64,000 bases of DNA from Firmicutes bacterium UBA1191 (lineage in GTDB: Bacteria > Bacillota > Clostridia > Peptostreptococcales > Anaerovoracaceae): assembly GCA_002310095.1 (NCBI GenBank), contig DBYH01000018.1, forward strand, positions 435-64,434. The letters run 5' to 3'. Under the pieces are notes generated by a model. The model was not told where the DNA came from and searched no databases. It was given only the letters and a program-made list of their open reading frames with translations. The position numbers and the translations under genes are program-made. Position 1 is the first letter of the stretch; every line of letters starts with the position of its first letter. This document shows, piece by piece, positions 23,060 to 33,000 of this stretch.

Positions 23060-24466
23060 TCAATATCTCTTCCGTTTGGAGGATGACAGAATGCCCAGTT
23101 CGTCTCTGTACTTGGCCACCGTCCTCCGTGAAATGTTGAATCCTTTTTCTTTCAGTATGTCCACCATGGTCTGGTCGCTGTAAGGCTTGTGCCTGTCCTC
23201 GCCCTCGACGATCTCCTTGATGAACTCCTTGATGCTGTTCGAGGAAACTCCCTCCCCGACCTGGTCGGATACTCCCGCCGAGAAGAAGTACTTGATCTCG
23301 TATACTCCCCTCGGGCACTGGAGGTACTTGCCGTTGATTGACCTGGAGACCGTGGATTCGTGGATCCCCAGTTCCTCGGCTATGTCCTTCAGTGTAAGGG
23401 TCCGCAGGTACTTGTTCCCCTTGTCGAAGAACCCCCTCTGGTACTTGACCACCGCGGACACAACATTGTAAATGGTCTGTTTCCTCTGCTCTATGCTCTT
23501 GATGAGCCAGCTCGCCGCGCTCACTCTTTCCGAAAGGTAGTCGGCCAGCTGCTGGTCTTTTTCCGCCTGGCCCAGCAGGTTCCTGTAGTAGGAGCTTACT
23601 GTCAGGTGAGGAGTGCTGCTTTCATTTATCATTACCACATAGTCGTCATCGATCTTCTCGACGATGACATCGGGTATGACGTACTTGGTCTCCATCTCCG
23701 AGGCAAACTGTCTGCCAGGCTTCGGCTCCAGCGTCCTTATGATGTCTGCGGCCTCCTGGACCTGCAGAACGGTCATCCCTGTCTCTTTGGCGACAGCCGC
23801 CAGCCTGTTGTTGGCTATGTCCTCGAGATGTTTTCCTATTATCTCCTCCATCTGAGGCGTCAGCTGGTTTTTCGCCTCCAGCTGAAGCCTCAGACACTCG
23901 CTCAGATTTCTGGCGCCGACCCCGGCGGGATCGAAGCCCTGAATTATGCCGAGAGCCTCGCATACTTTTTCCTCGCGTATGCCCGTGGCTCTGGCTATTT
24001 CCTCGACTGACGAAGTCATGTATCCGTTCTCATCGAGGGATTCTATTATGTACCTGCCCACCCTTCTGCAGCCTTTATCCACAGTGGCGAACTGGTACTG
24101 AAACATGAGATGCTCGGGCAGCGTCACTTCGTTGGTAACGTACCTCTCGAAGGTGTCCGGCCTGTCCTCATCTCTGTCTCTGTATCCTTTGTAGCTGATG
24201 TCGTCGTAACTGCCGCTCCTGATGAACTCCTTCCAGTCCAGTTTTTCGCCTTCGCCGCCCGTGCTCTCCTCTTCGGCGTTTTCCGGCGTCTCCTTTTCCT
24301 GGCTCTGCTCGAGCACAGGATTTACCAGAAGCTGTTCCTGTACATAGGCATCAAGCTCCTGTGTGCTGAACTGGAGTATCTGAATCGCCTGGATCAGTTC
24401 CGGCGTCATCACCAGCTTCTGTGACTGCTCAATTGTGAGGTCGAAACCCAGTTTTACTCCGTCCAT
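23060..24466 (-). CDS. rpoN: RNA polymerase sigma-54 factor
   Basis: QKLVMTPELIQAIQILQ, FDPAGVGARNL, HESTVSR, RpoN box SRRTVAKYR. ATG 24466 overlaps the upstream stop (TAATG). Confidence 0.96.
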   Translation of the reverse strand: MDGVKLGFDLTIEQSQKLVMTPELIQAIQILQFSTQELDAYVQEQLLVNPVLEQSQEKETPENAEEESTGGEGEKLDWKEFIRSGSYDDISYKGYRDRDEDRPDTFERYVTNEVTLPEHLMFQYQFATVDKGCRRVGRYIIESLDENGYMTSSVEEIARATGIREEKVCEALGIIQGFDPAGVGARNLSECLRLQLEAKNQLTPQMEEIIGKHLEDIANNRLAAVAKETGMTVLQVQEAADIIRTLEPKPGRQFASEMETKYVIPDVIVEKIDDDYVVMINESSTPHLTVSSYYRNLLGQAEKDQQLADYLSERVSAASWLIKSIEQRKQTIYNVVSAVVKYQRGFFDKGNKYLRTLTLKDIAEELGIHESTVSRSINGKYLQCPRGVYEIKYFFSAGVSDQVGEGVSSNSIKEFIKEIVEGEDRHKPYSDQTMVDILKEKGFNISRRTVAKYRDELGILSSSKRKRY

Positions 24467-24966
24467 TATCTGCCGCAGCAATGTTTGTATTTCTTGCCGC
24501 TACCGCAAGGGCAAGGGTCATTGCGTCCTATCTTCGGTGTCGCTCTTCTTACTGTCTTCGACTGCTTGTATTCCTTCTCGATCTGAGCCATCTTCTCTTC
24601 CCCGAGAATGTCATTCCACTGCTCCAGACCGTACAGATAATCCGCGTCTGCTTTGAGCATGTTGAAGTAAAGTTTCTCAGGAACGATCTCGACCTCGACC
24701 TGAGACTCTTCGTCCATTTCCTCGAGGTCGTTCGGAGCAGTAATGCTCTCGTTTATTCCGTCAAGGAATCCCATGAATATGACCGGTCTGACGTCGTACT
24801 TCTCTGAAAGCTCGCCGATAGTACCCGTCATTTTCTCCTGAGGATGATCCAGGATGTCGCTGTAGATTTTAGTCTCAGCTCCGCTGTATTCTTCCCAGAA
24901 CTCATTGAATGTCTCTTTCGTCTGGTTGCCTATGAGTTTCTGCCACTGCTTAAGTAATGTTGCCAT
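24466..24966 (-). CDS. SEC-C metal-binding domain-containing protein
   Basis: C-terminal [21 protein letters not shown] on a ~165-aa protein. Confidence 0.9.
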   Translation of the reverse strand: MATLLKQWQKLIGNQTKETFNEFWEEYSGAETKIYSDILDHPQEKMTGTIGELSEKYDVRPVIFMGFLDGINESITAPNDLEEMDEESQVEVEIVPEKLYFNMLKADADYLYGLEQWNDILGEEKMAQIEKEYKQSKTVRRATPKIGRNDPCPCGSGKKYKHCCGR

Positions 24967-24980
24967 CTTTCATCCTCCGG

Positions 24981-25955
24981 TTACAGATCCATGGTCTTCG
25001 CAATTTCGATAACGTCTCCGAGCACCGCGCTTCCCGTAGGCAGCGGGCCGGCTCCAGGTCCGTAGAACATGAGCTTGCCAACCAGGTTGCCCTTGACGTA
25101 TACAGCGTTGTATTCCTCCAGTACGCCTGCCAGCGGGTGGTACGTCCTGATAAATGTCGGCCTGACTTCATAATCGATGTCGCCGTCCTCCTTGACGGTG
25201 GCGTGGGCGATGAGCTTGATCACGCAGTCGTTTGCCTTTGCCTCCTCGATCTTCTCCTTGGTGATGCCTGAGATGCCTGTCGTCGGAATGTCGTCCGGGT
25301 GAACGTACTTGCCGAACATGAGAGCCATGAGTATGCTCAGCTTGTTGGCCGCGTCGATTCCCTCGACGTCAGCTGTAGGGTCCGCTTCAGCGAAGCCCTT
25401 CGCCTGAGCGTCCTTCAGCGCCTCGTCGTACTCCATTCCCTCAGTGCTCATCTTGTGGAGAATGTAGTTGGTCGTTCCGTTCACTATTCCCAGGACTTCC
25501 GTGTAATCGTTAGGTCTGGCTCCGCAATCCAGGGCGGTCAGCACAGGTATGCCTCCGCCGACACTCGCCTCGAATCTGAACTGGACGCCGTTCTCCTCCG
25601 CCGCCTTCATCAGGCGCGGATAGTTGGCCGCCACGGCAGCTTTGTTGGCTGTTACAACATGCTTTCCGTTTTTCATGGCTGTTTCCATGAAAGTGGCTGC
25701 CGGTTCTACACCACCGAGAAGTTCTATTACAATATCTATCTCAGGGTCCTTGAAGATCTCATCGGGATCGGAAACGAACTGGTCTCTCGATACCGTAATG
25801 TCGCGTTCCCTGTCGATGTCCTTCTCCAGGATCTTGACGATGCTGACCTTCGCTCCTACTCTTTTCTCGATGATTTCTCTGTTCATCTCCAGGGCTTTGT
25901 ATGTTCCGGTTCCTATGTTCCCGAGCCCCAGAAGTCCGATTTTGATTTCCTTCAT
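24981..25955 (-). CDS. hom: Homoserine dehydrogenase (no C-terminal ACT domain)
   Basis: GLGNIG, VVTANKA, FEASVGGGIP, GIVNGTTNYIL, AEADPTADVEGIDAANK, GPGAG. Confidence 0.93.
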   Translation of the reverse strand: MKEIKIGLLGLGNIGTGTYKALEMNREIIEKRVGAKVSIVKILEKDIDRERDITVSRDQFVSDPDEIFKDPEIDIVIELLGGVEPAATFMETAMKNGKHVVTANKAAVAANYPRLMKAAEENGVQFRFEASVGGGIPVLTALDCGARPNDYTEVLGIVNGTTNYILHKMSTEGMEYDEALKDAQAKGFAEADPTADVEGIDAANKLSILMALMFGKYVHPDDIPTTGISGITKEKIEEAKANDCVIKLIAHATVKEDGDIDYEVRPTFIRTYHPLAGVLEEYNAVYVKGNLVGKLMFYGPGAGPLPTGSAVLGDVIEIAKTMDL

Positions 25956-26031
25956 TTCAGGTATTTCCTCTGCTATATATTTCTGCGTTGATTATATCAC
26001 AAAACGCAGGCTGCCTGCAGGGTTCCGTGCC

Positions 26032-29000
26032 CTATTTTATCTTGACTTTGACCGTCTTCATGACCTTCTTGGTGCCCTTGAGTATGATCTTGATCTTTAC
26101 GGTCTTACCCTTGCCGGCCTTCTTTGCTTTTACTACGCCCTTGGACGTTACCTTGGCGTACTTGGTGTTCGAGGATTTGTAAGCCAGCTTCCACTGTTTC
26201 GCGGCTGCTGTAGGAGTGATCTTCGCCTTCAGTTTCTTCGACTTGCCCGCCTTGACAGTGATCTTGCTCTTTACCTTGACCTTCATCTTGGCGAAGGTTG
26301 CCTTTGCTTCTACGTCCTTCTTGACTGTGAATGACGCTGACAGACCCTTGGAGACTGTCTTTGCCTTGGCGCCTGAAACGCTCAGGCTCTTGGCATAGTA
26401 TCCAGGATTGGCAATCGCCTTGACGGTACATTTTGAGCCGTACAGATAATCGCCCGTTCCTGTTACCTTGCCGCCTTTGGCGCCCGCAGCGCTGACCGAA
26501 AGCAGGGCGCTCTTGACCGCGTTCTTTACGATCAGGATGTCGCCGTTACTGTTGAATCCTATCAGATTGCTGCCGACTGCCGTTCCGGCAAACGGGCTGT
26601 AGCTGTCATACAGGGCCCATACATCGTCCATATTCTTGGTGTAGTTCCACTTCGTTGATTTGAACTTGTCATTCTTCACGTCATATATGAAAGTGTCTCC
26701 GTAATCCTCCGCCGGGGCGGCCATGTATACGAGACCATCAGCGCACATGCCGACGCTTCCGCGAATGTCCAGGAAATCATGTCCTGCCCTGTTGATGCTG
26801 CTCGGGAAGACAGGCTTGAGCACCGCGCTTCCCTCAGTCCAGCCGCTGCCGTCAAATACATAGTTCGCAGGGATGACCGGGTTGCCCGATTCTGTCATCT
26901 CGCTGTCGGCGCTGTATCCCAGCGTGTATATGAGTTTGTCGCGTGACTGAAGCACTTTGCCGCCGGCTCTTCCGGCAGGCATGTCCGCAGCTGCCGTCCA
27001 TGTGTCTTTGGCGGCGTTGTACTTGTAGACCTTGCTGCTCAGCGCATCGCTGAGTTCGTCCTCTGATTCATTGATTCCGCCGAGCAGGTACAGACTGCCG
27101 TCGAATGACGCCAGCTTACTGTCCGTTAGGTACTCTCCTCCCTTAGGAAGTGCGCAGGCGCTGATGTCCCCTGTTTCAGTGTTGACCGCGAGCAGAACGT
27201 CTTCCTCGGTATACGCCGCGCCAGGTGAATCAGGGAATGTGTCGTTGTCTTCGTATTCTTCGTCGACCGCGACGCTGCGGTTCGAATAGTCCTCATCTTC
27301 GTCTTCATTTCCGCCTGCAACCTGGCAGAAAAGACCTTTCACATAGAGGGTTTTTCCTATGAGCACCAGGTCGCCTCCGAATCTGAAGTCGTATGTCGCG
27401 TCTTCGTTCAGATCATTGGCATCCTCGAAATACTCCTGAACTATTTCCTTTGTGAATATGGTTATGACTTCCGCTCCTTCTTCATAGTTGTTCGGATTCA
27501 GAGCGCAGAGAAAATCTCCCGTCGACTCCGCGGCGTAGATCTTCTTGCCGTCCGTGGCGAGGGCCGCCTCTGAGGAAATGGCGTATGCCTCGCTGCTCAG
27601 AACGTCATAATCGCTCTTGCCCTTGACAAGATAAATGTTGGACTTGGTGCTTGTCTTTGTCTTTCCGTCCTTTGTTCCTGAGACTGATATGTCAACGTTG
27701 TTGTTGATCCACCCATTGTCTTCCACAACGATTTCTTTTTCTGCCGGATCACCGACTATCGTTGCCTTCGGAACGTCCTCCCATGGGGTTTCGTCGGTTG
27801 TTTTCCTGATCTTTACGTCGATGGAACCTTCGCCGATTTTGAATCCGCCTTTCAGGGTTATCGTGTTATCCGCGGTGTTGACCGTGGCGGACGTTATTCC
27901 AATCCAGAAACCGTTACCCTTGTTTCCGAAGTCAAGGGCTCCGCCGGTCGATACTTTGAAAGTGTTGTGACCTTCATTATCATTTGCAGTGCACAGGAGT
28001 TCGCCCATGATCTCGTTCGGATCTTTCGTTCCTTTGACTGCGGCTGTGAGCGCGACCGCTCCGGCTACGCAAGGCGTCGCCATTGATGTTCCGGAATAGA
28101 AGTCATACTGGCCGAAGTCCTTTTCTCCGTTTTCATTCACAACTTTGCTGACGCCGATGTCATCTATATAGGCCGAGTAATCCCCCTGGCCGATAATGAG
28201 TATGGCTCTCTCCCTGTCTTTGTCAGGGTTATAGCTATTCATTTCAAAGTCATCATTGTAGCTGCGCGCCATTCTAATATGCGACCAGTAATCTTCTACT
28301 CCATAAACGTAGTAACCGCCGCACGGATAATCCCATGTCAGTTCATCTCCGCTCGAGTGCATGAAACTGTTGTCACTGAGAAGGCTGCGCGGCACGTCCA
28401 TCATGATGATCATCGGGTCTGAACCTCCACTTCCGGACGCGTCCTCTGGCGCTTCAGTCCTGACCATGATGCTCGACATTACGTCTTCCTTGTTAGGATC
28501 ATAGCTTTCATCAAGATCATAAGGTATGGCAAAGTAATGCCACTTCTGACCTTCCTCCAGACCCGATGAACTGAAGTTAATCTTCAGGCACTCGTCGCTG
28601 TAGAATCCCGGGGCTGTTTCAATATCTCCGGCGGATAAATTTGTAAGTCCGAATTCGTTGAGGATCCTGTCTTTTGATTCTGCAGATCCGTCCAGATACG
28701 CGTATTTACCCTCGCCGTAATCGTAGTACATCCCCATGTCATCGCGGTACAGCGTCGGATTGAAGCAGTCGTAGCTGACCGTTGAAAGTATGTCAGTTCC
28801 CGGAGCCGCGATATCTACTGTTTCTTCACCATAGTTGCTGAAGCTTACCATTTCAGCCGTGTCTCCGACCTGCTTTGATGCCGCAACGCTGATGATATTG
28901 TCGCAATCGTAATTGGCAGGGTACGAAGGTACTTCGTCGTTGTTCTCGCTTTCATTTCCCGCGGCGCAAACGCACAGGGCGCCTTTCTGCCCGAGCTTTT

Positions 29001-30006
29001 CGATTACTTTTTCCATGACTTCGTCATAACCGCCGCCACCGAATGAGCAGCTGACCGCTACGACATTGTCGTCATTATCTTCGTCTTTTTCCATCAGGCG
29101 CATAGCCTCATACACGTAGTTGTAAGCGGCTATAATATCTCCGTCCCATCCGTAGCCCATCCCGTCGAGGACTTTAAGAGCCATGATGCTGACAGTAGGG
29201 CTGACTCCGCTGATTCCCGCGTTGTCGGCAGCCGCTCCGATTATTCCCGAGCAGTGGCTTCCGTGGCCGTTGTCATCCATAGGATCCGCGTCGCCATTGA
29301 CAAAGTCGAACCCGCATTTTCCCTTGAGCCTGTTTCCAAACGGGTTTTTCCACATGGATCCTCTCAGCTCGTCATGTTTGTAGTTGACGCCTGTGTCTAT
29401 GACCGCGACGATGTTGTCCTGACCTCCTGTCGTATGGGCGCTTTCCCACTCCGACTTAGCGCCAACGCCCGGATAATCATTGATGTTCCACTGGAACTGT
29501 CCGTAGTCTGCCGTGCACGCGTGGCGGCTGTAGTTTGGTGATACTGCTTCCACAATATCTTCAGACTCCAGCTCCTTCACCATTTTCTTGGTGCTTAGTT
29601 TCTTTGACGCCGCGACAGCGACCGTCATGTCCGAGCCGCCACCTTCGAATGTCCAGACCTCGTCGCCGATAACGTTAATTCCATCGGCGATTTCTACAGC
29701 AGGACCCTTCTCGCTGCCATCAGCCAGAGCCTCAATGGCTTTGATCTTTTTGGCTTCCTTTGAACTCAGACCCGACGCGCCGGAATCCTTAAGCAGTACG
29801 ATAACCTCTCCTGCCTTAGGTTCCCTGTCGACTGGTTTCCCCAGTTTATTTTGGCCGCGGGCTGCCTCAATGCTGTCTCCGTGGCCCGTAACAAACGCGC
29901 CCTGATCGTGATTGTTTTCTGTAGCCGCTGACACATTCATTCCGGCAAGCGGCCAGAACGCCGTCACCATCATGACCGCCAGCAGCAAACCCAGCGCTTT
30001 TCTCAT
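26032..30006 (-). CDS. Secreted S8 (subtilisin-like) serine peptidase with Kelch-like and C-terminal Ig-like domains (copy 1)
   Basis: Signal peptide. Triad motifs VAVIDTG, NGHGSHC and SGTSMA. Kelch-like LYLLGG...VYKYNAAKDTW. Lys-rich C-terminal Ig-like YKSSNTKYAKVTSKGVVKAKKAG. Confidence 0.88.
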   Translation of the reverse strand: MRKALGLLLAVMMVTAFWPLAGMNVSAATENNHDQGAFVTGHGDSIEAARGQNKLGKPVDREPKAGEVIVLLKDSGASGLSSKEAKKIKAIEALADGSEKGPAVEIADGINVIGDEVWTFEGGGSDMTVAVAASKKLSTKKMVKELESEDIVEAVSPNYSRHACTADYGQFQWNINDYPGVGAKSEWESAHTTGGQDNIVAVIDTGVNYKHDELRGSMWKNPFGNRLKGKCGFDFVNGDADPMDDNGHGSHCSGIIGAAADNAGISGVSPTVSIMALKVLDGMGYGWDGDIIAAYNYVYEAMRLMEKDEDNDDNVVAVSCSFGGGGYDEVMEKVIEKLGQKGALCVCAAGNESENNDEVPSYPANYDCDNIISVAASKQVGDTAEMVSFSNYGEETVDIAAPGTDILSTVSYDCFNPTLYRDDMGMYYDYGEGKYAYLDGSAESKDRILNEFGLTNLSAGDIETAPGFYSDECLKINFSSSGLEEGQKWHYFAIPYDLDESYDPNKEDVMSSIMVRTEAPEDASGSGGSDPMIIMMDVPRSLLSDNSFMHSSGDELTWDYPCGGYYVYGVEDYWSHIRMARSYNDDFEMNSYNPDKDRERAILIIGQGDYSAYIDDIGVSKVVNENGEKDFGQYDFYSGTSMATPCVAGAVALTAAVKGTKDPNEIMGELLCTANDNEGHNTFKVSTGGALDFGNKGNGFWIGITSATVNTADNTITLKGGFKIGEGSIDVKIRKTTDETPWEDVPKATIVGDPAEKEIVVEDNGWINNNVDISVSGTKDGKTKTSTKSNIYLVKGKSDYDVLSSEAYAISSEAALATDGKKIYAAESTGDFLCALNPNNYEEGAEVITIFTKEIVQEYFEDANDLNEDATYDFRFGGDLVLIGKTLYVKGLFCQVAGGNEDEDEDYSNRSVAVDEEYEDNDTFPDSPGAAYTEEDVLLAVNTETGDISACALPKGGEYLTDSKLASFDGSLYLLGGINESEDELSDALSSKVYKYNAAKDTWTAAADMPAGRAGGKVLQSRDKLIYTLGYSADSEMTESGNPVIPANYVFDGSGWTEGSAVLKPVFPSSINRAGHDFLDIRGSVGMCADGLVYMAAPAEDYGDTFIYDVKNDKFKSTKWNYTKNMDDVWALYDSYSPFAGTAVGSNLIGFNSNGDILIVKNAVKSALLSVSAAGAKGGKVTGTGDYLYGSKCTVKAIANPGYYAKSLSVSGAKAKTVSKGLSASFTVKKDVEAKATFAKMKVKVKSKITVKAGKSKKLKAKITPTAAAKQWKLAYKSSNTKYAKVTSKGVVKAKKAGKGKTVKIKIILKGTKKVMKTVKVKIK

Positions 30007-30076
30007 AACAATAATCCTCCCTTGTTATAATATTTCTTCGATCTGCAAAAGCAACGATCTCTAATATGTTAGGTCT

Positions 30077-33000
30077 TTATTTAATCTTAACCTTGACTGT
30101 CTTCATAACCTTCTTGGTGCCTTTGAGCATGATCTTGATCTTTACGGTCTTGCCCTTGCCGGCCTTCTTTGCTTTTACTACGCCCTTGGATGTTACCTTG
30201 GCGTACTTGGTGTTCGAGGACTTGTAGGCCAGCTTCCACTGTTTCGCGGCAGCTGAAGGAGTGATCTTCGCCTTCAGTTTCTTTGACTTGCCCGCCTTGA
30301 CAGTGATCTTGCTCTTTACCTTGACCTTCAGCTTGGCGAAGGTTGCCTTTGCTTCAGCGTCCTTCTTGACTGCGAACGACGCCGACAGACCTTTGGAGAC
30401 TGTCTTTGCCTTGGCGCCTGAAACGCTCAGACTCTTGGCATAGTATCCAGGCTTCGCAATAGCTTTGACGGTACATGTCGCACCGTACAGATAATCGCCT
30501 GTTCCTGTTATCCTGCCGCCCTTCGCGCCGGCCGCGCTGACCTTGAGCAGCGCGCTGTCCACCGCGTTCTTTACTTTCAGAATGCTTCCCATACTGTCGA
30601 ATCCGAACAGATCCCTGCCGATGGCGATTCCTGTAAACGGACTGTCATAATCATAGACATTCATTACTTCGTATAAGTTCCTGGCGTAGTTCCATTTCGT
30701 TGATTTATACTTGTCATTTTTTACGTCATATATGAATGTGTCTCCGTAATCCGCTACCGGGGTGTCCATGTAGACGAGTCCGTCCCTGCACAAGCCGACG
30801 CTTCCGCGAATATCAAGATATTTGCTTCCTCCTCTGGTGACCGTGGCCTGTTTGTACATTTCCCGATAAACCGGCTTAAGACCTGTGTTCCCTTCTGTCC
30901 AGCCGTTGCCGTCAAACACGTAGTTTGCCGGGACGACAGGATCCGACGACTGGTCTTTCACTTCACTCTCGGCGCCGTAACCCAGCGTGTAAATCAGGCT
31001 GCCGCGGGACTGAAGCACCTTGCCGCCGGCTCTTCCCGCAGGCATGTCCGCGGCGGCTGTCCAGGTCTTCTTTGACGCATTGTATTTGTACACTTTTTTG
31101 CTCAGCTGTTTGTCTTTTTCATTGAATCCTCCAAGCATGAACAGGCTGCCGTTGAAAGACGCCAGTTTGCTGTCCGTAGGAAGTTCGGCTCCCTCAGGAT
31201 TCTTGATCTTTTTCACCTCGCCTGACTGCATGTTTACAGAGAACAGGGCGGTTTCTTCAGAATAAGCAGGCTTGGACGAATCAGGGAATGTCTCGCTCTC
31301 GTCTTCGTATTCGTCGCCTCCGTATTCGTCTTCTTCATCTTCAAATCCATCCCCCTTGACCTCGCAGAATGAACCTTTCACATATACAGTGTTTCCGATC
31401 AGCACAATATCATCCCCGAATCTGAAATCAAACGGTGACCCAGGCGTAGATTCGGCCGGTACGTCAAAGTATTTTTTGACCAGATCTTTTGTGAATATGA
31501 CCTCATCCTCAATGTCTCCGTCCGCAATATTCTTCGGATCCATCACGCATATGTGATCGCCGGTTGAGTCCGCGGCGTAGATTTTCCTGCCGTCAGTAGT
31601 AAGCGCAGCGTCCGATGACAGAACATATACGTCTTCCGCCAGAACATCGTATTGCTTTTTGCCTTTGACAAGGTAAACCTCCGACATGGATGCCGTCTTT
31701 GTCTTCCCGTCTTTTGTGCCCGTAACCAATATGTCAACACAGTTGTTGATCCAGCCGTTGTTCTCCACTGTGATTTTGCTGTCTGTCCGCTCGCCGACTA
31801 TTGCTGCTTTCGGAACATCCTCCCACGGGGTTCCGTCGCCTGTTTTCCTGATCTTGACATCAAGAGAGCCTTCCCCGACATTGAACGCGCCGTTCAGGAT
31901 TACCTGTTCCTTTGCAGTATCTACACTTGCTGACGAGATGTTGATCCAGAAACCATTATCATTTCCGAAGTCGAGGGCTCCCCCTGTTTTTACCATCAGA
32001 GAGTTGCTGTCGTTGGCTGTCGCAAGCAGTTCGTTTTTGATCGTTTCCGCCGACTTGTCTCCGCCGGTACCGGCAATGAGAGCAGCCGCGCCGGTAACGC
32101 AAGGCGTCGCCATGGACGTTCCAGAATAGATATCGTACTGGCCGAAGACACTCCAGTCGGAAACACACTGGCTGACACCGATATCATCCACGTTAATGGT
32201 GAATTCACCTTCTCCCGGGTCGCCTATTACCAGAACGGCTCTCTGTCTGTCCTTCCCGGGATCATACTCCTCGAGCCCGGGTGTAATATTATTCCAGGAG
32301 CGGCCTACCTGCAGATGCTGCCAATAGTCCGACTCTCCGAATACAGCAACCTCATCGATCCCAAAATCTGCCGCTATGTCAAGGGATGTTCTTTTCAGGA
32401 ATTTTTCCGCTTCCTCCCGATATGGATTGTCCTCGCTCAGGTCGATGAGGTAGAGAGGCACGTCCAGGAGCATGGCCCTGTCATATTTGCCGATAACGGC
32501 ATCAAAGCCAATCTGCGGTCCGTCACTGAATCTGACGGCAATGCTCGACACAACGTCCTGATCCTTCGGATCATAGTCTGCCGGAAGCTCGTAAGGTATC
32601 GCGAAGTACTGCCACTTGTAATTCGTCTTGTCGATCGCCGCCGGGTCGAAGTGAATCTTTATCGATCCTTTGCCGAAGAGACCGACCGTTTCGTCATATG
32701 TTATTTCAGAAGGATCTATGTTTTTGTACGTCAGACCCCTGATCGTATCCGCATCATCCTCGGATCCGCTGAGATAAATCTTCGTTATCGCCTCGTCCGT
32801 TCCATAGAGCGTCGGATTGAAGCAGTCATAGCTGACCGTTGAAAGTATGTCGGTTCCCGGAGCTGCTATGTCCACGTCCTCTTTCCCCCAGTTGCTGTAA
32901 CTTGCCAGTTCGGCTTTTTCGCCGACCTTCTTGGTCGCCGCTACGGAGATGATGTTGTCGCAGTCATAACAGGCAGGATAGGCTCCTCCCCCGTCAATGT

